This document shows positions 1 to 9,690 of a DNA stretch of 62,863 bases, in pieces. The DNA lies in assembly GCA_942491275.1 (NCBI GenBank), contig CALNZI010000008.1, positions 1 through 62,863 of the forward strand. The letters are read 5' to 3'. A model generated the notes under the pieces. It saw only the letters and a list, made by a program, of their open reading frames with translations. It did no database searches and had not been told where the DNA came from. Position 1 is the first letter of the stretch; each line of letters begins with the position of its first letter. The DNA is from Minisyncoccota bacterium (GTDB lineage: Bacteria > Patescibacteriota > Minisyncoccia > Phycocordibacterales > UBA9973). The position numbers and the translations under genes were made by a program.

Positions 1-1322
1 GTAACTGGTTCTGGCTCCAATACTTATACTTTCCCTTCGGCTTCTGATACCTTAGTTGGTAGAGATTCAACTGATACTTTAACTAATAAAACAATAGACG
101 CTAATGGAAATACAGGAAACTCAATAACTAATACTATGTTGCTGATTTGGCAGACGGAACAGATGGAGAGCTTATCACTTGGGATGCAGCTGGGGCTCCC
201 ACTACAGTTGCAGCTGGAACAGCTGATCAAGTCCTTACTTCTAATGGAGTAGGTACAGCTCCAACTTTTCAGGATGCGGGAGGAGGATCAGATATCCTTG
301 TTGAAACAGTAGCGATGCCGACTTCCGGATGGGCTGTGGATGGAACATATAGTGATTTTTATTCAGCCACTGTTTCGATTACGGGATTGTTTGAATCGAC
401 GGACGTAGCATTGGCTACTCCTTTAGCAGAAGATACAACGGACGTAAATGCTTGGGCAAGTGCTTTAATAGTTAGAATTGATCGTGTTTCAGACACTTCA
501 ATAAAAATATATTCAAGAATCGCTAATACAAATGCGGTTAATTTCCAATTATTAATAATGGGGGGTAATGCTACATCAACACCAACGGTTACTATTGGAA
601 ATGTAAACCCATATGTCCCTTATTCGGGGGGTGACCCACTTAGTGGAGGAACAAGTACTACTTCTGGGCTTTATACGATTCGTACTTTTTCATCATCTGA
701 TACTTTAGATATTTATACTCCGACATATGTTCAATATTTATGCGTTGCTGGAGGAGGAGCAGGAAGTAGAGCTGGTGGAGGTGGTGGTGGTATGCGTTTT
801 GGATATATTACTTTGACCACAGGTACAATTGCCGTAGAAGTTGGTGCGGGTGGTGTTTATGGTGGTGTTCGTGGAGGTAGTACTTCAATTGGTAGTTATG
901 TTTCTTGTACGGGTGGTGGTTCAGCAACAACCCAGGATGGATACAGTGGAGGTTCAGGAGCTGGAGGTGATGAATTGGGAGATAATGGAGGATCAGGAAC
1001 ATCCGGAGAAGGAAATGCTGGAGGCGCCGGAGATAACGGTGGGAGTACAAGTGATGAAGGAGGTGGAGGTGGGGGTGGGAAAGGCTCTGCTGGACAAGCT
1101 GGTCAAGGTAATGTGGGTGGTGATGCTGGTAATGGATTAGCTAATTCTATTACAGGAACATCAATTTACTATGCAGGTGGACAAGCTGGTACAGGTGACG
1201 GAGGATCAGGATCTGCTGGTAGTCAAGGAGGTGTAGCTTATAATAATAATGGAATTGCCGGTAGAGGTTCTGGTGGTGATACTGGAGGTTCTGGAGTTGT
1301 TATATTACGATATTTAACATAA
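1..1322 (+). CDS. Glycine-rich phage tail-fibre-like protein, 5'-truncated by the window, with an apparent frameshift near 132-140
   Basis: Frame 1 (1-132) reads VTGSGSNTYTFPSASDTLVGRDSTDTLTNKTIDANGNTGNSITN. Frame 3 continues VADLADGTDGELITWDAAGAPTTV and ends in a long Gly-rich domain (VAGGGAGS...GGSGVVILRY). These motifs resemble phage fibre proteins (recalled, not searched). The ORF track starts at TTG 147. Confidence 0.6.
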
Positions 1323-1339
1323 AATAAAAATTAAGAATT

Positions 1340-2188
1340 ATGGCACATTTTGCAAAATTAGATAAGGATGGAAACGTGGTTAATGTTATAGTTGCTACGC
1401 AGGAAGTCATTGACGCGGGAAAGATGGGCCCCCAAGAACTTTTTATAAAGACTTCATACAATACATCTAAAGGGGAATACATACAAAACGGTGATCCAAA
1501 AAATATAGGCAAGAAACCACTCAGAAAAAATTATGCTGGTATAGGGATGAAGTATGATAAAGGACGAGATGCGTTTATTCCAAGAAAGCCCTTTGAGAGT
1601 TGGATATTAGATGAAGATACATGCATATGGGAAGCTCCAGTACCTATGCCTGATGATGGTAAATATGTTTGGGATGAAGATAGTTTAAGTTGGATTAAAA
1701 AAGAAAAGAAAGTTGAAATTAAAGAACCTCCAGCTGAAGAAATAACTCCAGAACCTCCAACTGAAGAACCAACTCCAGAACCTGAACCAGCACCAGAAAC
1801 TCCAGCAGAAGAGCCAGTTGTTGAACCAAATGAGACCGAAGAAACCCCATTAGAACCCACGGATCCACAAGTGGACCCTGCTTCTAACGGGGCAAGCACC
1901 ACAGAATTTCCTGTTGAAGGAGAACCAGCTGTTGAGCCAGTTGAACCAACTGAGCCTGAAGAAACAACCCCAGAACCTGAACCAACACCAGAACCTCCAA
2001 CTGAAGAACCAACACCAGAACCTGAACCAACACCAGAACCTCCAACTGAAGAACCAACTCCAGAACCTGAACCAGCACCAGAAACTCCAGCTGAAGAGCC
2101 AGTTGTTGAACCAACTGAGCCCGAGGAAATACCTCCGACTCCTGAAGAACCAACTCCAGAACCTCCAGTCGAGGAAACAACAGCCTAA
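1340..2188 (+). CDS. Phage fibre-associated small-domain protein (MAHFAKLD...LRKNYAGIG...WEAPVPMP) fused to a Pro/Glu/Thr-rich repeat tail
   Basis: The N-terminal ~120 aa resemble a family commonly encoded after Gly-rich fibre genes in uncultured tailed phages. The C-terminal ~160 aa are PEPTPEPPTEEPT repeats. Confidence 0.65.
   Translation: MAHFAKLDKDGNVVNVIVATQEVIDAGKMGPQELFIKTSYNTSKGEYIQNGDPKNIGKKPLRKNYAGIGMKYDKGRDAFIPRKPFESWILDEDTCIWEAPVPMPDDGKYVWDEDSLSWIKKEKKVEIKEPPAEEITPEPPTEEPTPEPEPAPETPAEEPVVEPNETEETPLEPTDPQVDPASNGASTTEFPVEGEPAVEPVEPTEPEETTPEPEPTPEPPTEEPTPEPEPTPEPPTEEPTPEPEPAPETPAEEPVVEPTEPEEIPPTPEEPTPEPPVEETTA
1748..2114 (+). repeat. Coding direct repeats (82-bp near-identical pair plus shorter units) encoding the PE/PT tract
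   Basis: 1748-1829 and 2033-2114 differ at one base; a shorter copy lies at ~1988-2032. Confidence 0.9.
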
Positions 2189-2268
2189 TATGTACAATAG
2201 GGGCTTGCTTTTTAAATATCATTATAGTAAAGTGTTTCCACTAGTCCTTGAGACTATTTTAATTTGAT

Positions 2269-2688
2269 ATGCCGACAATAAATCAATTGGTTCGCAAGAA
2301 TCGTAAAATAATTAAAAAGAAATCAAAATCAGTGGCTCTTGCCCGAGGTTTTAATTCCATTAAGAATAAGCCAGTTTTTTATCCTGCGCCATTTAAACGT
2401 GGTGTATGTACAAAGGTTTCAACAACCACACCTAAGAAACCTAACTCAGCTCTTCGAAAAATTGCTCGTGTTAGACTGACTAATGGTATGGAAGTTACGG
2501 CCTATATTCCAGGAGAAGGGCACAACCTACAGGAGCACTCAGTTGTTACTATCCGTGGAGGACGTGTTAAGGACTTAATTGGAGTTCGATATCACATCGT
2601 TCGTGGACGTCTTGATACAACTGGAATTGAGAAACGCCGAAAATCAAGAAGTAAATATGGAACTAAACTTCCCAAGGCTGCAAAATAA
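2269..2688 (+). CDS. rpsL: 30S ribosomal protein S12
   Basis: [20 protein letters not shown] and [11 protein letters not shown] motifs. Confidence 0.99.
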   Translation: MPTINQLVRKNRKIIKKKSKSVALARGFNSIKNKPVFYPAPFKRGVCTKVSTTTPKKPNSALRKIARVRLTNGMEVTAYIPGEGHNLQEHSVVTIRGGRVKDLIGVRYHIVRGRLDTTGIEKRRKSRSKYGTKLPKAAK

Positions 2689-2720
2689 TAATTACGAATT
2701 AATACTTAGAAATTAAAAAA

Positions 2721-3191
2721 ATGCGAAGACCCATAAAAAATCCAAATATTGTTGAACCTGATATAGTTTACAACTCGCAAAAACTTGCGAAGTTTATTAA
2801 CAATATTATGGAAAACGGAAAGAAAGAAACTGCTCGTAAAATTGTTTATAAGGCTTTTGATATTATTAAAGAAAAAACAAAAAATCCTAATCCTTTGGAA
2901 GTTTTTGATACAGCTATAAAGAATGCAGGACCATTGGTTGAAGTTCGTTCCCGTCGTATTGGTGGAGCAAACTACCAGGTTCCTCGTGAAGTTCGTCCAG
3001 AAAGACGTACAGCTTTAGCCATGAGATGGATTATTCTTGCTGCTAGAGGAAAAAAAGGAGCACCTATTCATGAGAAATTAGCCGAAGAACTTATGCTTGC
3101 TTCAAACAATGAAGGAATTGCTGTTAAGAAGAAAGAAGATACTCATCGAATGGCAGAATCCAATAAAGCATTTGCCCATTTCGCTTGGTAG
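2721..3191 (+). CDS. rpsG: 30S ribosomal protein S7
   Basis: [15 protein letters not shown] and [15 protein letters not shown]; follows rpsL. Confidence 0.99.
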   Translation: MRRPIKNPNIVEPDIVYNSQKLAKFINNIMENGKKETARKIVYKAFDIIKEKTKNPNPLEVFDTAIKNAGPLVEVRSRRIGGANYQVPREVRPERRTALAMRWIILAARGKKGAPIHEKLAEELMLASNNEGIAVKKKEDTHRMAESNKAFAHFAW

Positions 3192-3218
3192 AAAAAGAAT
3201 CCCGAAAGGGATTTTTTT
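3192..3218 (+). terminator. Intrinsic terminator-like hairpin after rpsG
   Basis: AATCCC-GAAA-GGGATT followed by a T tract. Confidence 0.7.
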
Positions 3219-3227
3219 ATAGCAGTG

Positions 3228-3295
3228 CAAAATGGAGCATCCAGGTCTTAGTTTTACGAAGTAAAACTTTAGAGTCGGAGTTCCTCACTTTGCTT
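3228..3295. repeat. Imperfect long hairpin with a central AGTTTTAC-GAA-GTAAAACT palindrome
   Basis: Perfect 8-bp stem 3250-3257/3261-3268; outer GCAAA...TTTGC pairing. Confidence 0.5.
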
Positions 3296-3321
3296 GGTAA
3301 TTCTATTTTAAATATAAAACT

Positions 3322-3345
3322 GAAAATCCCCGAAAGGGGATTTTC
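3322..3345 (+). terminator. Second GAAA-tetraloop hairpin upstream of fusA
   Basis: GAAAATCCCC-GAAA-GGGGATTTTC, nearly the same as the hairpin at 3192-3218. Confidence 0.6.
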
Positions 3346-3448
3346 TATTGCAAAAAATAACGTTTTATTGTATATTCAGGGGACAAAAGACTTGAATGTC
3401 TCCCGCTTTGTGTGGGGAAATTTTATTTATAACAAGTAATTTAATAAT

Positions 3449-5590
3449 ATGGAAAGAGATTATCCTTTAGAAAAAGTTAGAAATTTTGGAATTATTGCTC
3501 ACATCGATGCTGGTAAAACAACTACCAGTGAACGTGTGCTTTACTATACCGGTCTATCCCATAAAATTGGGGAAGTTCATGATGGGGAAGCAACAACAGA
3601 CTGGATGGAACAGGAGCAGGAGCGTGGTATTACTATTACTTCTGCGGCTGTTACTTGTTTCTGGAATCCAACGGATGCACCCAAGGATGACAGCAGAAAA
3701 CATCGTTTTAATATTATTGATACTCCTGGGCACATCGACTTTACAGTTGAGGTTAAAAGATCTCTTCGTGTTTTAGATGGAGCCGTTGTGGTTTTCGATG
3801 GTGTGGCTGGAGTTGAACCTCAATCAGAAACAAACTGGAGATATGCCGACGAAGCTATGGTTCCTCGTATTTGTTTTGTTAATAAACTTGATAGAACTGG
3901 AGCCTCTTTCGAACATTCTTTTAAAACAATCCTTGATCGTTTAAGTAAGGATGCTGTTCGAATGCAAATTCCAATTGGTTTGGAAGAGAAACATGAAGGA
4001 GCAATTGATTTACTTAAAATGAAAGCTTTTTATTTTGAAGGAGAAATGGGTAGCAACGTCATAGAAAAAGAAATTCCCGAAGAGTTAAAAGCTGATGCTG
4101 AAAAATACCACGCTGAATTAATTGAAAAAATTGTTGAACAGGATGATGAAGTTATGTCTGAATATCTTGATGGTAAAATTCCTGAAATGAAAGTTTTGAG
4201 AGCACTTTTACGTAAAGGAGTTATCGCTAATAAAATTTTTCCAGTTTATGCCGGAAGTGCTTTAAAAAATAAAGGAGTGCAATTGGTCCTTGATGCTGTT
4301 ATTGATTATTTACCAAGTCCACTTGATATTCCTGCCATTGAAGGAATTAATCCTGAAACTGAAGAGAAGGAAACAAGACCCGCTTCCGACTCTGAACCTT
4401 TTTCCGCTTTGGCTTTCAAAGTTGCCACAGACCCATTCGTTGGGCAATTGATTTTCTTCCGTGTTTATTCAGGAAGCCTAGCTTCAGGAAGTTATGTTTA
4501 TAATCCTCGAACTAGAACTAAAGAGCGTATTGGCCGAATCTTAAGAATGCATGCCAATGATAGAGAAGAAGTTAAGAAAGTTTACGCTGGAGAAATTGCT
4601 GCAGCTGTTGGGCTTAAGGATACAATTACTTCTGATACTATTTGTGATGAAGAAAAACCAATCGAACTTTATCGAATTGAATTCCCGGAACCAGTTATTT
4701 CTTTACGCGTTGAGCCAAAAACAAAGGCTGACCAAGAAAAAATGGGAATGGCTTTATCCCGTCTTGCTCAAGAAGATCCAACTTTCCGTGTTTCAACTGA
4801 TAATGAAACCAATGAGACAATTATTTCAGGAATGGGAGAACTTCATTTGGAAATTATTGTTGATCGAATGAAGCGTGAATTTGCTGTTGAAACAAACGTA
4901 GGGAATCCTCAGGTTGCCTACAGGGAAACAATTACCGGAGAAGCCAGTGTTGAAGGTAAATATATTAAACAGTCAGGAGGAAGAGGTAACTATGGTCACG
5001 TTAAGATTAGAGTTAAACCAATGGACCTTTCTGTTAATGCTGAAGATCTACCTAAGAATACTAAGAGAGACAAGGACTTTGAATTTATTAATACAATTAA
5101 AGGAGGAGTTATTCCGCAAGAATATATTCCTGCCTGTGAAAAAGGATTTAGAGAAGGTCTTGATCGTGGAATTTTAGCTGGATTTAAATTAGTGAATGCT
5201 TCTGTTGAACTTTGGGATGGAAGTTATCACGATGTTGACTCCAATGAAATGGCTTTCAAAATTGCTTCTTCCATGGCTATCCAAGACGCCTGTAAAGCGG
5301 CTAAGCCTGTGATTCTTGAACCAATGATGAAAGTTGAAGTTGTTACTCCAGAAAAATTCATGGGTGATGTTACAGGAAGTCTTTCTTCTAAGAGAGGAAT
5401 TATCGAAGGAATGGAAGCTCGCGGAATGAATCAAGTTGTTCGAGCGATAATACCTTTGTCGGAGATGTTTGGTTATATGACCGCTCTTCGATCAATGACA
5501 GAAGGACGAGCTGGATTTACAATGGAATTTATTCGTTATGATATTGTTCCACAAAGTGTGGCTACAGAAATCATAGAAAAGAGGACATAA
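3449..5590 (+). CDS. fusA: Elongation factor G
   Basis: [18 protein letters not shown] and QVAYRET; 713 aa. Confidence 0.99.
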   Translation: MERDYPLEKVRNFGIIAHIDAGKTTTSERVLYYTGLSHKIGEVHDGEATTDWMEQEQERGITITSAAVTCFWNPTDAPKDDSRKHRFNIIDTPGHIDFTVEVKRSLRVLDGAVVVFDGVAGVEPQSETNWRYADEAMVPRICFVNKLDRTGASFEHSFKTILDRLSKDAVRMQIPIGLEEKHEGAIDLLKMKAFYFEGEMGSNVIEKEIPEELKADAEKYHAELIEKIVEQDDEVMSEYLDGKIPEMKVLRALLRKGVIANKIFPVYAGSALKNKGVQLVLDAVIDYLPSPLDIPAIEGINPETEEKETRPASDSEPFSALAFKVATDPFVGQLIFFRVYSGSLASGSYVYNPRTRTKERIGRILRMHANDREEVKKVYAGEIAAAVGLKDTITSDTICDEEKPIELYRIEFPEPVISLRVEPKTKADQEKMGMALSRLAQEDPTFRVSTDNETNETIISGMGELHLEIIVDRMKREFAVETNVGNPQVAYRETITGEASVEGKYIKQSGGRGNYGHVKIRVKPMDLSVNAEDLPKNTKRDKDFEFINTIKGGVIPQEYIPACEKGFREGLDRGILAGFKLVNASVELWDGSYHDVDSNEMAFKIASSMAIQDACKAAKPVILEPMMKVEVVTPEKFMGDVTGSLSSKRGIIEGMEARGMNQVVRAIIPLSEMFGYMTALRSMTEGRAGFTMEFIRYDIVPQSVATEIIEKRT

Positions 5591-5598
5591 AGATCATT

Positions 5599-5629
5599 AA
5601 AAAATCCCGATATTTGTCGGGATTTTTTG
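5599..5629 (+). terminator. Intrinsic terminator after fusA
   Basis: AAAAAATCCCGA-loop-TCGGGATTTTTT. Confidence 0.85.
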
Positions 5630-5650
5630 TATTTTTTAATAAAGAAAATG

Positions 5651-5659
5651 TGATATAAT
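5651..5659 (+). promoter_or_regulatory. Extended -10 promoter (TGnTATAAT)
   Basis: TGATATAAT upstream of the FKBP gene. Confidence 0.6.
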
Positions 5660-5693
5660 ATCAGAGTATTATAAATTAATTTAATAAAATCAA

Positions 5694-6155
5694 ATGCAAA
5701 AAGGAAATGTAAGATTAGTCATATCTTTTATTATTACTATTGCTTTTATAGGTTTGATTGTTTATACACTCAAAACACCTAAACCTGAAAGTAATTTAAA
5801 TAATTTAGGAGGGGAACAATTACCAATAACAAATAATAATATGGAACAAAATATAAATGATCAAGTAGCAAAAAGTGGGGATTCTCTTATAGTAAAATAT
5901 ACAGGGCGATTAGAAGATGGGACAGTTTTTGATTCAAATGTGGACCCTAAATTTGGACATGTTGAGTCTTTTAAATTTATAGTTGGAGCTGGAAATGTTA
6001 TTCAAGGATGGGAAGAAGGATTCATTGGAATGAAAGTTGGAGAAAAGAAAACTTTAGTAATTCCTCCAGAAAAAGGTTACGGAGGACAAGCAGTTGGAAT
6101 CATTCCAGCCAATTCCACTCTTATTTTTGATGTTGAATTAGTAGGAATTAATTAA
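5694..6155 (+). CDS. FKBP-type peptidyl-prolyl cis-trans isomerase with N-terminal membrane anchor
   Basis: VKYTGRLEDGTVFDS, VIQGWEEG and IPANSTLIFDVEL. Confidence 0.96.
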   Translation: MQKGNVRLVISFIITIAFIGLIVYTLKTPKPESNLNNLGGEQLPITNNNMEQNINDQVAKSGDSLIVKYTGRLEDGTVFDSNVDPKFGHVESFKFIVGAGNVIQGWEEGFIGMKVGEKKTLVIPPEKGYGGQAVGIIPANSTLIFDVELVGIN

Positions 6156-6159
6156 TTAT

Positions 6160-7692
6160 ATGAAAGAAAAACTACCGTTTATTAAAAAAATGATTAGAAA
6201 GAAGAGAACATGGGTGATCCTTGTTCTTGTTGTGGTTGTTTTAATGTTTACTGTTTTTAAACAAAATCCACTTATTAAAAATACGGTTACTGAAAAAGCT
6301 GAACTTATGGATTTACAGCAGACAGTTCTGGCCACAGGTCAGGTTGTTTCCAATACAGATTTAGACCTATCTTTTAATTCAAGTGGGATTGTTAAGAAAA
6401 TCAAAGTTAAAGTAGGGGATCAGGTTAAAGCTAAACAAGTTTTAGCAACGTTGGAACAATCTACAGTGGCAGCTAATTTAACTTCGGCTCGGGGAACTTT
6501 AGCAGCAGCTAATGCAAAATATAAAAAAGTTTTAGAAGGGACAGAAGTTGCCTTAGCAAAGATCGCCTTAGATAGCGCTATTTCTAATTATGAAAATACA
6601 AAAAATACTCAAGCTACTTTAGTAAATAACGCCTATGAGAATTTATTGAATTCTACTCCAGAAGCAATTCCAGAGGATGGGAAAAGTGATTATACTGCTC
6701 CAACAATAAGTGGAACTTATAATTTGGGAAAAGAAGGGGTAATCTATATTGAAACCTATTATAGCAATAGTGGAACTAGTTATAGTGTTTCAGGGTTAGT
6801 TGATGGGACTGGAACAAATAATATAGCCATTCCTCAACCAATTGGAGATTCTGGTTTATTCATTAAATTTGAATCTAGCGCGATTCTTAATACAACTGAC
6901 TGGATAATAGAAATTCCCAATAAAGGTGCAACTAATTACTTAACTAATTATAATGCTTACCAGTCTGCTTTGAAAAATCAAGAAAGTGCTCTTTCTCAAG
7001 CAAAATCTTTAGTGGACCAGCGTCAAGTAGAATATGATTTTAAGGTTACTTCTGCTTCTGGTTCGGATTTAGATATTGCTCAAGCAGAGATTCTTTCAGC
7101 TCAAGGTCAATTGGAGCAGGCTTTGGCCAGATATAATGATACTCAGATAGTCGCTCCGGCCGATGGAACAATTACTGGAATTGATATTAAACTTGGAGAG
7201 CTGGCTTCTGCTTTGAATAAAGCCATTGTTCTTCAGGATGTTTCAAATATGTATATTGAATCAAATATTAATGAAGCAAACATTGTTGGTTTAACAAGGG
7301 GAATGCCAGTTGAAATAACTTTCGACGCCTTTGGCCCAGAAAGAATTTTTAAAGGAAGCATAATTAGTATAGACCCAAGTTCAACTTTAATTTCTGGAGT
7401 TGTAAATTATAAAATTAAGGTAAATGTAGAACAAGTGGAAGAATTGCGTCCTGGTATGACTGCTAATATGACAATTAATGTACAAGAAAAGAAACAAGTT
7501 CTAGCTATTCCTTCTCGTTCAATTATAAAAAATGAGGATGGAAGTAAGGTAATTAGAATTATAACTAATACAAAAAAGAAAAAATATAAAGAAGTAGAAG
7601 TTAAAACTGGTTTAAATGGAGATGGAGGTTTAGTTGAAATTACTGAAGGACTTAATGTGGGTGAAGAGTTTGTTATTCTAATCAAAAAATAG
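6160..7692 (+). CDS. MacA/HlyD-like membrane-fusion (adaptor) protein with an extra internal domain
   Basis: N-terminal TM helix, lipoyl halves (GIVKKIKVKVGDQVK; APADGTI), coiled hairpin, LRPGMTA; precedes an ABC ATPase and two permeases. Confidence 0.9.
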   Translation: MKEKLPFIKKMIRKKRTWVILVLVVVVLMFTVFKQNPLIKNTVTEKAELMDLQQTVLATGQVVSNTDLDLSFNSSGIVKKIKVKVGDQVKAKQVLATLEQSTVAANLTSARGTLAAANAKYKKVLEGTEVALAKIALDSAISNYENTKNTQATLVNNAYENLLNSTPEAIPEDGKSDYTAPTISGTYNLGKEGVIYIETYYSNSGTSYSVSGLVDGTGTNNIAIPQPIGDSGLFIKFESSAILNTTDWIIEIPNKGATNYLTNYNAYQSALKNQESALSQAKSLVDQRQVEYDFKVTSASGSDLDIAQAEILSAQGQLEQALARYNDTQIVAPADGTITGIDIKLGELASALNKAIVLQDVSNMYIESNINEANIVGLTRGMPVEITFDAFGPERIFKGSIISIDPSSTLISGVVNYKIKVNVEQVEELRPGMTANMTINVQEKKQVLAIPSRSIIKNEDGSKVIRIITNTKKKKYKEVEVKTGLNGDGGLVEITEGLNVGEEFVILIKK

Positions 7693-7693
7693 A

Positions 7694-8407
7694 ATGTTAA
7701 TCGAATTAAAAAAAATTGTTAAAAACTATGATAATGGTGGTGTAATCACACGTGTTCTTCGAGGAGTAGATTTGTCCATAGAGGAAGGGGAGTTTGTGGC
7801 TATTATGGGGCCTTCTGGTTCAGGAAAGTCTACTTTGATGCATACCATTGGTTTCTTAGATCGACCAACTTCTGGAGAATACTTTTTTGACGGAGAAAAT
7901 ACAAAAGATTTTATTGACGATGAATTAGCTCATATTAGAAATAATAGAATTGGTTTTGTTTTTCAATCCTTCAATTTATTACCTCGTACTTCTGTATTGG
8001 ATAATGTGGTTCTTCCTTTGTCCTATAGCAAAGATAAAAGAGGGCATGAAAGTAAAGCTAAAAAAGCATTGGAGTCTGTGGGTCTAGCTGATCGATTACA
8101 TTATATGAGTAATCAAATTTCTGGTGGACAAAAACAACGAGTAGCTATTGCGAGGGCGTTGGTTTGTGACCCTAAGGTTATTTTTGCTGACGAACCAACT
8201 GGTAATCTTGACTCAAAAAGTGGAAGTACTGTAATGAATATTCTAGAAAGATTGAGTAAAGAAGGAAAAACGATTATTCTTGTAACCCATGATATGAATG
8301 TTGCTCTTCATGCCAATCGAATTGTTACTATTCGTGATGGTGAGATAGTTTCAGACGAGAAAGTTCCTGAGAGTAAAAGAGTTCATTCTAAAATCATGAC
8401 GGATTAA
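7694..8407 (+). CDS. ABC transporter ATP-binding protein (MacB/LolD type)
   Basis: Walker [10 protein letters not shown], signature ISGGQKQR, Walker [12 protein letters not shown]. Confidence 0.97.
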   Translation: MLIELKKIVKNYDNGGVITRVLRGVDLSIEEGEFVAIMGPSGSGKSTLMHTIGFLDRPTSGEYFFDGENTKDFIDDELAHIRNNRIGFVFQSFNLLPRTSVLDNVVLPLSYSKDKRGHESKAKKALESVGLADRLHYMSNQISGGQKQRVAIARALVCDPKVIFADEPTGNLDSKSGSTVMNILERLSKEGKTIILVTHDMNVALHANRIVTIRDGEIVSDEKVPESKRVHSKIMTD

Positions 8408-8412
8408 TAAAT

Positions 8413-9690
8413 ATGAGTGATTTTAATAGAGAGTTGAAAATATTAATCAAAGACCTTCTTGCCAGAAAAGGGAGGTCTCTTTTAACTATCCTTGGAATTG
8501 TTATCGGAGTTGCCGGAGTTATTATAATTATCTCTCTTGGCGCCGGGGCTCAATCTCTTGTTTTAGGTCAAGTTACAAAAATGGGAACTAATTTAGTTGT
8601 AATTATGCCTGGCAAGGCAAATGAAAGTGGTCCGCCCGCTGCTGTTTTTGGAATACAAATTAAGACTTTAAGCTCAGCGGATGTTGATGCCATAAAAGAC
8701 AAGGTTCCAGGTGCTACAGAAATTACTCGTAATGTTCAAAATAACGTTACTATTATTTCCGGTCGCGAAAGTGTTGATACTCAATTTACGGCAGTTGATG
8801 GTAATTATCCTAAAATTCAATCGGCCGAAATGGCTAAGGGTGTATTTTTTACAGAGGAACAAGGGAGAGCCGGGGCCAATGTTATTGTTCTAGGTCATGA
8901 TGTGGCTGCTACTCTTTTCCCAAATGGAGATGAGCTAGGACAGATTGTTAAAATAAGAATACCAAATATAACCGGAGCAAAAGAATCCAGTGTAGGTAGT
9001 ATTCCTTTTAGAGTAATTGGTGTCCAGAAAAAAATGGGAACTGTTTTTTTCCAGAACCAAGACGACCAAGTATTTATTCCTTTTTCCATAGGGCAAAGAC
9101 AATTATTGGGAATTAGTCATTTACAAACAGCCGTTATTAAAGTAGATGAATCTGAGAATATTAAAGCAGTTATAGTAGATATTGAGCGAGTTATGAGAGA
9201 TCAACATAAAATACTAAGACCAGAAGATGACGATTTTACTGTTCGTGATTTAGCTGATGCCGTTAAAATTTTAACTGGTATAACTGATACATTAAAAATT
9301 TTTCTAGGGCTAATGGCTGGTATTTCCTTAATTGTTGGGGGTATTGGAATTATGAATATCATGTTGGTTACGGTTTCTGAAAGAACTCGAGAGATTGGTC
9401 TTCGTAAGGCCATAGGGGCAACTCGTCGAAAAATTCGTAATCAATTTTTATTTGAAGCAATAATTCTTACTTTAGCTGGTGGAATAATTGGAATTGTTGT
9501 GGGAATTTTTATCTCATATTTAATTGCCATGGGCGCTCGGTTTGCTGGTTACGATTGGGCTTTTGTAATCTCAATTCCGGCTGTTATTTTAGCTGTTAGT
9601 GTCTCAATTATTACAGGTATTGTGTTTGGTTTGTATCCAGCCCTAAAGGCCTCTAAATTAGACCCAATTGATGCTTTGCGTTATGAATAA
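8413..9690 (+). CDS. ABC transporter permease (MacB/FtsX family)
   Basis: RSLLTILGIVIGV, GGIGIMNIMLVTVSERTREIGLRKAIGA and LDPIDALRYE. Confidence 0.96.
   Translation: MSDFNRELKILIKDLLARKGRSLLTILGIVIGVAGVIIIISLGAGAQSLVLGQVTKMGTNLVVIMPGKANESGPPAAVFGIQIKTLSSADVDAIKDKVPGATEITRNVQNNVTIISGRESVDTQFTAVDGNYPKIQSAEMAKGVFFTEEQGRAGANVIVLGHDVAATLFPNGDELGQIVKIRIPNITGAKESSVGSIPFRVIGVQKKMGTVFFQNQDDQVFIPFSIGQRQLLGISHLQTAVIKVDESENIKAVIVDIERVMRDQHKILRPEDDDFTVRDLADAVKILTGITDTLKIFLGLMAGISLIVGGIGIMNIMLVTVSERTREIGLRKAIGATRRKIRNQFLFEAIILTLAGGIIGIVVGIFISYLIAMGARFAGYDWAFVISIPAVILAVSVSIITGIVFGLYPALKASKLDPIDALRYE

Noticed and set aside
1531-2267. Four overlapping alternative-frame ORFs (1531-1902, 1850-2197, 1884-2222, 1914-2267)
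   Set aside because: Shadows of the low-complexity Pro/Glu repeat, which lacks stops in several frames.
3185-3439. 84-aa ORF between rpsG and fusA
   Set aside because: Overlaps the rpsG stop, runs through terminator hairpins and has no protein-like features.
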